A DNA stretch of 64,000 nucleotides from Spirochaetota bacterium (GTDB lineage: Bacteria > Spirochaetota > UBA4802 > JAGODF01): NCBI GenBank assembly GCA_029974015.1, contig JARKUF010000017.1, forward strand, positions 16,206 through 80,205. Reading direction: 5' to 3'. Within the stretch, counting starts at the first letter, position 1, and the number at the start of each line of letters is the position of its first letter. Under the pieces are notes generated by a model. That model saw nothing but the letters and a program-made list of their open reading frames with translations. It did not search any database and was not told the DNA's origin. The translations under genes were made by a program, and so were the position numbers. Below, piece by piece: positions 19,189 to 27,654 of this stretch.

Positions 19189-20373
19189 ATGAAAGAAATG
19201 AACGAAGCCCCGATGAAAATACTCATCATCAACTATGAACACCCTCCTCTGGGAGGCGGGGGTGGAGTTTGCACCCAGACCGTGGCAAAGGCCCTGGTTG
19301 CCGTAGGCCACACTGTGCATATTCTCACTTCCGGAGCGAAGGGGCTGCCCTCCCGGGACGATGATGGGGGGGTTACTGTGTTCCGCGTTCCCGTCCTGGG
19401 GCGAAAGGACCTCGCCACGGCGAGCAATCTTTCCATGTTCACCTTCCCCCTCACCAGCATACCCAGGGGACTTCTCCTCTGCCTGAAGCACAGATACGAT
19501 GTAATCAACACCCATTTCTACGCCCCCTCGGGCCCCACGGGGATGATGCTCTCGCTCATCACCCGCATACCTAATGCCCTCTACATCCATGGCGCCGACG
19601 TTTATGACCCGACCCGATTGAACAAGACCCCGGCGGGGAAGGGGCTTTTAAGCGGACTTCTCCGGTTAAGCGCCAGGCTGCAAAGCCGCCTTGCCAGGAC
19701 CATCGCGTGCCAGTCCAGCAATACCAGGGAAAATATTATGGCCTATGTGGCGCCGAAAAAAGAGGTCACGGTGATACCGCTTCCCTTCGCGAAGCCCGGC
19801 CATCCAGACACCTCCCGGAAGGCCCTGGGCCTCGACCCGAAAAAGTATTACCTCCTCTCTGCCGGGAGGGTGGTGAAGCGGAAGGGGTATGATTTCCTCA
19901 TCCGCGCGATGACGGAGCTCGCCGCGAACATACAGCTTTTGATTCTCGGTGACGGCCCGGAACTTCCGGCATTAAAAGAACTCGCGGCAGACCTCGGCGT
20001 AGCAAATCGGGTCCACTTTCTCGGATATATTGAAGGTGATGAAGTTAAATTCAGCTATTACAAGGTTAGCGACATGTATGTCCTCTCCTCCCTCCATGAG
20101 GGTATGGGGATCGTTGTACAGGAAGCTATGGAATTTGGACTCCCTATCGTGGCAACCAACCACGGGGGGCAGGTGGATCTGGTGAAGTCCGGAGAAAACG
20201 GTATTCTCGTTCCGCCGGGAGACCCGGAAGCGTTGGCCGGGGCAATTCGGAAGGTCCATGGGAACAAGCGGTTAGCAGCGGCCTTCGGAAAAAAGAACCG
20301 CGAACTCATCAAGGGATACTACGCGCCGCGAATAGCCGATGAGTACCTTCGGCTCTTCAGGTCTATCCTCTGA
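19189..20373 (+). CDS. Glycosyltransferase family 4 (start may be 19213)
   Basis: NYEHPPLGGGG, GRVVKRKG, EGMGIVVQEAM (EX7E motif). Confidence 0.9.
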   Translation: MKEMNEAPMKILIINYEHPPLGGGGGVCTQTVAKALVAVGHTVHILTSGAKGLPSRDDDGGVTVFRVPVLGRKDLATASNLSMFTFPLTSIPRGLLLCLKHRYDVINTHFYAPSGPTGMMLSLITRIPNALYIHGADVYDPTRLNKTPAGKGLLSGLLRLSARLQSRLARTIACQSSNTRENIMAYVAPKKEVTVIPLPFAKPGHPDTSRKALGLDPKKYYLLSAGRVVKRKGYDFLIRAMTELAANIQLLILGDGPELPALKELAADLGVANRVHFLGYIEGDEVKFSYYKVSDMYVLSSLHEGMGIVVQEAMEFGLPIVATNHGGQVDLVKSGENGILVPPGDPEALAGAIRKVHGNKRLAAAFGKKNRELIKGYYAPRIADEYLRLFRSIL

Positions 20374-20455
20374 GTTGAACTGTGATATTTTTACTTGACG
20401 AATTGACAATGGTCACCCAAATAAGAACGGTCGCCTTTGAGGAGGACTATTCCGT

Positions 20456-20535
20456 AATTACGTTTTCCCGCCCGCCTCTGGCGTGCGGAAAAACGTAATT
20501 TATCTGACTGTCCTTAATTTTTATGAGGCCCCATA
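20456..20535. repeat. Intergenic element copy: hairpin A, right end and half of palindrome B
   Basis: AATTACGTTTTCCCGCCCGCC-TCT-GGCGTGCGGAAAAACGTAATT, then TGACTGTCCTTAA and TTTTTATGAGGCCCCATA. Confidence 0.8.
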
Positions 20536-20556
20536 TATTATCCCACGAGGAAGCGA

Positions 20557-21027
20557 GTGATGAAAAAAGGCGTTCTTTTGCTTCTTGCGCTTTGCATCTC
20601 GGGATGCACGAAAATTCCCGACAGGCTTTATAGCCCTACCGCGGTCATAAAGGCGGAGTTAAGGGGAAGCGAAATTTTTTATACTGTGTATCTGAAGGGC
20701 GATATTATCAACGACCAGACGGAGCTCGTGTTGAAGAAAATCCGCGGCACAGTGGCGCTGAAAAACTCCGACCAGACCGTCATTTCCCTTCCCTTCGAGC
20801 TGCCGGAACTTCTTCCCCTGCAGAAGCAGACGATTAATGCCGAGACGGGCGGTAACGAAAGGGAGATGGCGCCCATCTTCGCCCTTCTGAGGATAAGCCC
20901 CGACCAGCTCCGGGTTGATGACCAGGAGGCTTACACCGAAGAGATGCCGCTCAGCCAGAAGCTCATCGCGTTTGAAATTACGGCCTATGAGTCTGCAAAC
21001 ATATTCGATATCATCGAAGGTAAGTGA
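20557..21027 (+). CDS. Putative lipoprotein
   Basis: MKKGVLLLLALCISGC lipobox. Confidence 0.7.
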   Translation: MMKKGVLLLLALCISGCTKIPDRLYSPTAVIKAELRGSEIFYTVYLKGDIINDQTELVLKKIRGTVALKNSDQTVISLPFELPELLPLQKQTINAETGGNEREMAPIFALLRISPDQLRVDDQEAYTEEMPLSQKLIAFEITAYESANIFDIIEGK

Positions 21028-21028
21028 G

Positions 21029-21481
21029 ATGAAAATAAACGACACAAAGCTGTATCTTTTTTTCACCGTCATCACTCTGGTTGTTGCCCTTGCAGTCGGG
21101 GCCCCATCGTATTATTCGATACTCAAAGTGGAACCCGAGGCGAGGCGGCTTATGAATGCGCAAACCGACTTCAACATGAATTTCCGGAAGGCCTACGCCC
21201 TTCTTCGTGACCCCCAGATATTCGCACGATACGAAAACTTCGACCGGGACGCACGATGGATAAAGACTACGGTGATTCCCTATATGGACAATAAAATTTA
21301 TAATTCCCGGGACTTCATGCCGGATGAGAGGGTCTACTTAGACACTCTCCTTAAAAGGAGGGTACAGGGCTCCGAATTAGGGCGCAATACCGCGATATTT
21401 TTCCTGCTCCTCTCCCTGACAGGTTTGGCGTTTCTTATTTATGAGAGGAGAAAAGTCAGGGCAGAAGAAAACGTCGGCTGA
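21029..21481 (+). CDS. Hypothetical membrane protein (2 TM)
   Basis: ATG 1 nt after the upstream stop; N- and C-terminal hydrophobic helices. Confidence 0.65.
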   Translation: MKINDTKLYLFFTVITLVVALAVGAPSYYSILKVEPEARRLMNAQTDFNMNFRKAYALLRDPQIFARYENFDRDARWIKTTVIPYMDNKIYNSRDFMPDERVYLDTLLKRRVQGSELGRNTAIFFLLLSLTGLAFLIYERRKVRAEENVG

Positions 21482-22142
21482 AGTCGATATATCCCTCAGT
21501 TTCGAAAACCCCGCCCCCGCATACTCCCCGGGAGCTTAGAAGCGACGCATTGTGCGTCGCTTCGTCGTAATCGGCCTGGGCATCCTCCAGGAGAACTACC
21601 TCGTACCCCCTTTCCGAGGCGTCCCGGGCCGTCGTTTCCACGCACTGGCTTGTGGCCAGCCCCGTGAAAACAATCTCCTTCACATTCCATTCCCGAAAAA
21701 CGCGGTCTATCTCTGTTGAATTAAAAGCGCTGAAAGTGGTTTTTGTAAGGATGGTATCGCCTTGTAGCGGACTTATTTCATCGATAATATCCGACATTGC
21801 CTCGCTTTCCAGAGGGTACAATGATGGGTAACCCGCCTGGCGCCCCCGGAGCCAGGAATTGCGGAAAAACCTGTGTAGGTCTTTCCGCTCCGGGTCAGTT
21901 CCGCAGAGCCTCAGATAGACGGTCCTTCCCTGAAATTCGCGGAAAAAGGAAAGGAGCTTTTTAATGTTTGGGACAACAATTTCTTCACAGCGGCGGGTGA
22001 TATAGCCCATGCACCCGGGGTACAGGCCTTCAAAAAAACGGTAAAAGTCCGACCGGCGGTCGAGGTAATATTTTTGCATGTCGACGATCATGAGGACTGT
22101 CTGGCCAAGAGAAATGCTGTTTTTAAAATCTTTTCCGGGCAT
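21456..22142 (-). CDS. Isochorismatase-like cysteine hydrolase
   Basis: IVDMQ, K..FSAF, GLATSQCVETTARDA. Confidence 0.9.
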   Translation of the reverse strand: MPGKDFKNSISLGQTVLMIVDMQKYYLDRRSDFYRFFEGLYPGCMGYITRRCEEIVVPNIKKLLSFFREFQGRTVYLRLCGTDPERKDLHRFFRNSWLRGRQAGYPSLYPLESEAMSDIIDEISPLQGDTILTKTTFSAFNSTEIDRVFREWNVKEIVFTGLATSQCVETTARDASERGYEVVLLEDAQADYDEATHNASLLSSRGVCGGGVFETEGYIDFSRRFLLP

Positions 22143-22184
22143 TGGCTACCTCTCAGTCTTCGGAGATTCGGGTTTATGCACATT

Positions 22185-22234
22185 ACGTGAAAGTGAAGGC
22201 GCGCAAACGCTTGCGCGCCTTCACACTTTCACGT
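22185..22234. terminator. Long hairpin at the 3' end of the antiporter gene
   Basis: GTGAAGGCGCGCAA-ACGC-TTGCGCGCCTTCAC, extendable with a 2-nt bulge. Confidence 0.5.
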
Positions 22235-24232
22235 TTCACAAAAAGCCCCTTCGTTGAAAAGCTGCGCCTGCCCCGACATGTTGGCCCGGTTTCCCATTAT
22301 GACGAGCATATCGCCTGAGCGGAGGGATTCGTCTCCTCCCGGATTGGCAATGACGGCCCCGTCACGTTCCACGGCAAGCACCGTAACGCCGTACTTTGCC
22401 CTGAGGTCCAAGCCGCTCAGGGTTTTTCCATCGATGTACGATCCCGGGCATACGGAAATTCTCGATATCTCCTGATCGGGTATGTGCACCTTTAACGCAT
22501 TGATGGCGCCATCGCCAATTGAAAGGCTTCTGAACATCTCGTAGCCCTCAGAGCGAACCTCTCCCACAAGCTTTTCTATGTCCTGCCGCGGCACCATAAA
22601 CCTGGAAAGGACCCTGGAAAAAATTTCGATAGAGGTTTCATATTCCTCTGGGATCACCTCATCGGCCCCGAGGCCGTAGATGGTTTGTACGTCCTGAAAA
22701 AACCTGGTCCTGATGATGACGTAGAGTTCTTTGCTGAGGCCGCGGGCGGTCTTCGTGATTCTAAGGGTGGCGGCATGGTCGGCGATGGCCACTACCATGA
22801 CGCGGGCCGCATGGATTCCCGCGTGCTCCAGTACGGCCTCATGGGTGGCGTCGCCGAAAAAGATATTTTCCCCGGCCTCCTTCTCCCGCTTCACCGTATC
22901 GGCGTTCATCTCGATTATTACATAGTCAATGCCGGCGTAACGGGCCGCCCGCGCGACGTTTTTTCCATTGATTCCGTATCCAACGATGATGAGGTGTCCG
23001 TCGTAAACGCGGATCGCGTCGTCGTCTTTCACATCCAGCTTTCGGGGCTTTCCGAACATGGACAGTTTCATGAGCGCGCCTGCCAGATGCGGTGCCCCCA
23101 TCATAAGGAAGGGCGTAAGCCCCATGGTGACTACGACGACGATGAGGAACACCTGGTACTCAACTCCGGAAATGATTCGGTTGTCGAGGCCAAGCTTGGC
23201 GAGGACGAAGGGGAATTCGCCTACCTGGGCAAGATAAAGCCCCGTGAGAAGGGCCGTCCGAATGGGATAGCCCAGGACGAGGACCGAGATGCCGGTGGCG
23301 ACCGTCTTTATCAGAAGGACAATCAGAATAATCAGGGGTATCAGGAGCGGATAATGGGTGACGACCCTGACATCGACAAGCATGCCAACCGAAACGAAGA
23401 AAAGGCCGGTAAAGGCGTCCTTGAATGGGATGATGTTCCCGATGGCCTCATGGCTGTATTCCGAGGCAGATATTATTAGTCCCGCCATGAAGGCCCCGAG
23501 TGCCGGGGAAAGCCCCGCTGCGTGGGTGAGCCAGGCAGTTGCGAGGCAGATCACCGTAATCAGAAGAAGGAAAAGCTCACGGCTTCGGGTTTTCACCGTG
23601 AAATATAGAACTTTAGGAATGACCCACCGGGCCGCTGCAAGCATGACAGCCACAAGCCCTGCCGCCTTTGCCAGGACGAGCCATATCGATTGCCCCGTCG
23701 TCACGGGGGTGCTGGAAAGATACGGGACGACCACTATCAACGGCACCACCATGAGGTCCTGAAAGATGAGGATCCCTGCCGAAGTCATCCCCTGGGGGCT
23801 TCCCAGCTCCGCCTTCTCCTGGAGTAGCTTGAAAACGATGGCCGTACTGCTCAACACGGCGAGGAACCCCAGGAAAAGGGATTTTTCCATGGCAAAGCCC
23901 GCCCCGACTGCCAGAAGAAATACCGCGCCGGTGGTGACCACGAACTGGACCGTCCCCGCTACCAGGACGGTCCTCTTTATTTTCATGAGATTGGAAAGCG
24001 AAAACTCGATGCCGATGGTAAAAAGAAGTAGGACTACCCCGATTTCTGCGAGGACCTCGACTTCCTTTACTTTCTGGATGAGACCAAGGCCATAGGGCCC
24101 CAGGACAAGCCCGGTGATGAGGAACCCCAGAATTGAGGGGAGCTTAAGCCTGAGGAAAAAAAACAGCACAGGTATGGATACGGCGAAAATCAGGGTGATA
24201 TTAATCAATAGTACATTTTCCATGATGTCCAA
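22229..24232 (-). CDS. CPA2 (KefC-like) cation:proton antiporter with TrkA-N and TrkA-C domains
   Basis: AEIGVVLLLFTIGIEFS, LIFQDL, LAQVGEF, GYGING Rossmann motif, FGDAT; C-terminal RCK-C domain. Confidence 0.92.
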   Translation of the reverse strand: MDIMENVLLINITLIFAVSIPVLFFFLRLKLPSILGFLITGLVLGPYGLGLIQKVKEVEVLAEIGVVLLLFTIGIEFSLSNLMKIKRTVLVAGTVQFVVTTGAVFLLAVGAGFAMEKSLFLGFLAVLSSTAIVFKLLQEKAELGSPQGMTSAGILIFQDLMVVPLIVVVPYLSSTPVTTGQSIWLVLAKAAGLVAVMLAAARWVIPKVLYFTVKTRSRELFLLLITVICLATAWLTHAAGLSPALGAFMAGLIISASEYSHEAIGNIIPFKDAFTGLFFVSVGMLVDVRVVTHYPLLIPLIILIVLLIKTVATGISVLVLGYPIRTALLTGLYLAQVGEFPFVLAKLGLDNRIISGVEYQVFLIVVVVTMGLTPFLMMGAPHLAGALMKLSMFGKPRKLDVKDDDAIRVYDGHLIIVGYGINGKNVARAARYAGIDYVIIEMNADTVKREKEAGENIFFGDATHEAVLEHAGIHAARVMVVAIADHAATLRITKTARGLSKELYVIIRTRFFQDVQTIYGLGADEVIPEEYETSIEIFSRVLSRFMVPRQDIEKLVGEVRSEGYEMFRSLSIGDGAINALKVHIPDQEISRISVCPGSYIDGKTLSGLDLRAKYGVTVLAVERDGAVIANPGGDESLRSGDMLVIMGNRANMSGQAQLFNEGAFCET

Positions 24233-24407
24233 TTCCCATGCGGCAAACCTTTACGCGCTGTCATACTTGAAGATGCATGGCCAGTTTGACGCTTTTTGTA
24301 GATATGGATGAATGCCCTGGAAAATGCCGCGAAGGGCGGCATCCGCGACGTCCAGTGGAAGATAACCTTAATTAAGGAATTTGGATGAAAAATCTATAAT
24401 AAAATGA

Positions 24408-24436
24408 TTGATCTTTTTAAAAAATATCGCTATACT
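24408..24436 (+). promoter_or_regulatory. Putative sigma70 promoter upstream of the repeat and cheY-like gene
   Basis: TTGATC-17 bp-TATACT. Confidence 0.55.
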
Positions 24437-24443
24437 CTTTTTT

Positions 24444-24566
24444 TGAGGCCTCAAAAAAATAAATTTTTAGAGGCCCCATAAATTGTAACTGCTGACATAC
24501 TCAAGACTTAAGTTTTCCCGCCCGCCGAAGGCGGGCGGGAAAACCTGATTATTTGAGTTTGCCATA
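24444..24566 (-). repeat. Intergenic element copy (reverse): palindrome B, linker, hairpin A
   Basis: GAGGCCTCAAAAAAATAAATTTTTAGAGGCCCCATA, AATTGTAACTGCTGAC, GTTTTCCCGCCCGCC-GAA-GGCGGGCGGGAAAAC. Confidence 0.88.
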
Positions 24567-24642
24567 TATTGCCGGGGTATCCCCGGCAGTCTGAATTTCA
24601 TATATTTTTTTATCTAAACCCGGGTACAGTCAGGAGCGTATA

Positions 24643-24999
24643 ATGGCACGCGGAATGATCGTCGACGATTCCAAGTTCATGCGGAAAATCATCCACGACA
24701 CTCTCACTGAGGGGGGGCACCAGGTGATCGGGGAAGCCGACAATGGATACGATGCCCTCGATATGTACAAGAAGGAAAAACCTGACTTCGTGACGATGGA
24801 CATCACCATGCATGGCAAGGACGGCCTTATGGCGGTCTCGGAAATCCGCACTGTGGATCCAAAAGCAAAAATCGTTGTCGTATCCGCCCTGAGCGAAAAG
24901 ACCTTAAAACTCAACGACTCAACCATCCAGGCGGATGCCTATGTCGTGAAGCCTTTTCAAAAGGAAGAGCTCCTGGCAAAAATTAAAAGTATACTCTGA
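24643..24999 (+). CDS. CheY-like single-domain response regulator
   Basis: IVDDSKFMR, MDITM, SAL, KPF motifs; AGGAG RBS. Confidence 0.9.
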   Translation: MARGMIVDDSKFMRKIIHDTLTEGGHQVIGEADNGYDALDMYKKEKPDFVTMDITMHGKDGLMAVSEIRTVDPKAKIVVVSALSEKTLKLNDSTIQADAYVVKPFQKEELLAKIKSIL

Positions 25000-25143
25000 T
25001 TTCTTCCTCCGGGTTCAGGCATATCACGGTAAAAGCCTGACATTACAACGGGCGTGGTTGTTTCTGCGTTTCAAAATAGTATTGACACCGCGCTTCCCCT
25101 GTTCCTACTGTACATCGTTTCATCATTAACAAAAACCTGGCGA

Positions 25144-25253
25144 TATCTTATCAAGAGTGGCAGAGGGACAGGCCCCGTGAAGCCACGGCAACCGTCCGCG
25201 GAAGCGGAAAGAGGTGCCAATTCCTACGGAGGATTCCTCCGGGAGATGAGATA
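25144..25253 (+). ncRNA. SAM-I (S-box) riboswitch
   Basis: ATCTTATCAAGAGTGGCAGAGGGACAGGCCCCGTGAAGCCACGGCAACC...GGTGCCAATTCC...GATGAGAT matches the SAM-I consensus; directly upstream of metX. Confidence 0.93.
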
Positions 25254-25316
25254 GCAGTATTATACCGCTATCTTGTCGTATATGCTCGAAATTCAGATAC
25301 CGGTGTACTACACGCT

Positions 25317-26480
25317 ATGAAAGATACACGGCAGTCAACTGTCGGTTCCGTCGGGCTTGTGAAGACGCATTACTTCACCTTCGCAGAGCCCCCCGGCCAT
25401 CTGGCCCTCGTGTCGGGGAAGCGCCTATCCCCCGTGACCCTTGCCTACGAAACCTATGGCAAGCTTAACAGCGACGCTACCAACGCGGTCCTCATCCTCC
25501 ACGCCCTCTCGGGGACGGCCCACGCCGCCGGATATCATTCAACGAACGACCGCTATGCCGGATGGTGGGACCATTACATCGGCCCCGGGAAGGCCTTTGA
25601 CACCGATAAATATTTCATTATCTGTTCCAATGTGATTGGAGGCTGTAACGGCTCCACGGGGCCATCCTCCATAAACCCCGAAACGGGAAAGGAGTACGCC
25701 CTGGATTTTCCGGTCGTGACTATCAGGGACATGGTGAATGCCCAGTGGCGCCTCATCGGCCATCTCGGGATTTCAAAGCTGCTCGCCGTGAGCGGCGGGT
25801 CAATGGGGGGGATGCAGGCGCTCCAGTGGGCGATCAGCTTTCCGGAAATGGTCCAGTCGGTCATCGCGATCGCGACGGCGAGCTCCCTTTCCGCCCAGGG
25901 CATCGCTTTCAATGAGGTGGGGCGCCAGGCGATCTTTCGGGACCCGAACTTCAATAATGGCGATTACTACTCCGGAAATTCGCCCGTCTCGGGGCTTTCC
26001 CTGGCAAGGATGATAGCCCATATAACTTATCTCAGCGACAAGATCATGCATGAGAAGTTCGGGCGGCGGCTCCAGAACAAGGACCTTTTCAGCTTTAAAT
26101 TCGATACCGAATTCATGGTGGAAAATTATCTCCACGCCATGGGGCTTAAATTCGTAAGCCGTTTTGACGCTAATTCTTATCTCTACATCACCAAGGCGAT
26201 AGACTACTTTGACCTTAAATCGGAACACGAAGGACGGCTCACCTCCGCCTTTGAAGGCGTTTTATCGGACTTTCTGGTTATAGGATTTACCACGGACTGG
26301 CTGTATCCGAGCGCCCAGTCCCGCGAGATTGTCAACGCCCTCCGGGTGGCGGGAAAGAATGTCGTCTATACCGAGATCGAAACCGACAAGGGCCATGACG
26401 CTTTTCTTCTTCCCGATGACCGAATGGAAAGGGACATCGCCAACTTCCTGAAAAGGGAGTTTGAAAAGACAGGCCGTTGA
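25317..26480 (+). CDS. metX: Homoserine O-acetyltransferase
   Basis: HALSG, GGSMGGMQA nucleophile elbow, RFDANSYL, DWLYP, GHDAFL. Confidence 0.95.
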   Translation: MKDTRQSTVGSVGLVKTHYFTFAEPPGHLALVSGKRLSPVTLAYETYGKLNSDATNAVLILHALSGTAHAAGYHSTNDRYAGWWDHYIGPGKAFDTDKYFIICSNVIGGCNGSTGPSSINPETGKEYALDFPVVTIRDMVNAQWRLIGHLGISKLLAVSGGSMGGMQALQWAISFPEMVQSVIAIATASSLSAQGIAFNEVGRQAIFRDPNFNNGDYYSGNSPVSGLSLARMIAHITYLSDKIMHEKFGRRLQNKDLFSFKFDTEFMVENYLHAMGLKFVSRFDANSYLYITKAIDYFDLKSEHEGRLTSAFEGVLSDFLVIGFTTDWLYPSAQSREIVNALRVAGKNVVYTEIETDKGHDAFLLPDDRMERDIANFLKREFEKTGR

Positions 26481-26512
26481 TCCAAAAATATGCATAAAGG
26501 AGCACCCTGAAG

Positions 26513-27139
26513 TTGCAATACCCTGACTTAAAGAGGATCGCCTACGATCTAATCATCGAAGAAATCCCGGAGGGCTCAAGGGTCCTCGATCTGGGATGCG
26601 GCGATGGAAGTCTCCTTGTGGAACTCCAGAAGGCCAAAAATATCGAAGGATATGGAGTGGAAATATCCTCCGAAGGGGTGAGCTCCTGCGTTGAAAAGGG
26701 CCTCTACGTGTACCAGGGCGACGTGGACGACGGCCTCTCCGGCTACAGGGCGAATTCCTACGATTATGTGATTCTCAACCAGACGCTCCAATACACGAAG
26801 CGCCCCAGGTACGTCCTTGCGGAAACTTTGAGGATATGCCGAAGCGCAATCATAAGTTTTCCCAACTTCGCAAATAAAAAAAACAGAATACATCTTCTAT
26901 TCAGGGGGACCATGCCCGGAAACAGGCTCCTTCCCTATGACTGGCACTCCTCGCCGAACATGCACCACCTTTCAATTAAAGATTTTAGAAATTACTGTCG
27001 GGAGAACGGATACCCGGTGAAAAAAGAAGCCCATTTCAAGGTTGTCGGGGACACCGGTTCCCGCATTGTGGGGTTTGCCCCCAATTTTTGTGCCGAATTC
27101 GGTTTTTTTATACTTGATGGTGAAGGTTTTGTTTCGTAA
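26513..27139 (+). CDS. metW: Methionine biosynthesis protein MetW
   Basis: VLDLGCGDG, YDYVILNQTLQ, SFPNF, LPYDW.SPN; follows metX. Confidence 0.9.
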   Translation: MQYPDLKRIAYDLIIEEIPEGSRVLDLGCGDGSLLVELQKAKNIEGYGVEISSEGVSSCVEKGLYVYQGDVDDGLSGYRANSYDYVILNQTLQYTKRPRYVLAETLRICRSAIISFPNFANKKNRIHLLFRGTMPGNRLLPYDWHSSPNMHHLSIKDFRNYCRENGYPVKKEAHFKVVGDTGSRIVGFAPNFCAEFGFFILDGEGFVS

Positions 27140-27175
27140 TAAGTGTTTGCCAGGCCTGCGCGGAGGAACGTCGCC

Positions 27176-27625
27176 ATGAAAGCCGTTGTTGATTATACCG
27201 ACATTTCTTACATCACATGGATCAAATCGAAAAATAAGTTCAAGGCGATCGAGGAACTTGCGGGTATTTTCGAGGGTAGCGATATTTGTCCCAGTATCCC
27301 TGATCTCGTTGCGGCTCTCACGGAGCGAGAAAAGATCATGAGCACCGGCATCGGGTTCGGCATCGCGATTCCTCACGCGCGATTGCGGACAGTGAAGGAA
27401 ATGACCTTCGCCGTGGGCATATCGAAGAAGGGGATCGAATTCGACTCCATCGACAACAATCCCGTGCACCTGATTATCCTCGTGGCGGCAGGGGAAAAAC
27501 AGCACAAGGAATATCTGCGATTGCTTTCCAGCATTATGACCATTCTCAAGAAAGAAAAAGTCAAAGACCGTATTATCGCGGCGGAATCGCAGGAGGAAAT
27601 AATGGCCCTCCTCAGGGAACAGTGA
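27176..27625 (+). CDS. Stand-alone PTS EIIA (Ntr/Fru-type) protein
   Basis: EREKIMSTGIGFGIAIPHAR signature; GGAGG RBS before ATG 27176. Confidence 0.88.
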   Translation: MKAVVDYTDISYITWIKSKNKFKAIEELAGIFEGSDICPSIPDLVAALTEREKIMSTGIGFGIAIPHARLRTVKEMTFAVGISKKGIEFDSIDNNPVHLIILVAAGEKQHKEYLRLLSSIMTILKKEKVKDRIIAAESQEEIMALLREQ

Positions 27626-27654
27626 CCATAGAGCTATATTTGAGGAACACAGAC

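Noticed and set aside
24240-24300. GGCAAACC suggesting a c-di-GMP-I riboswitch
   Set aside because: The GAAA tetraloop and GACGCAAAG elements are missing.
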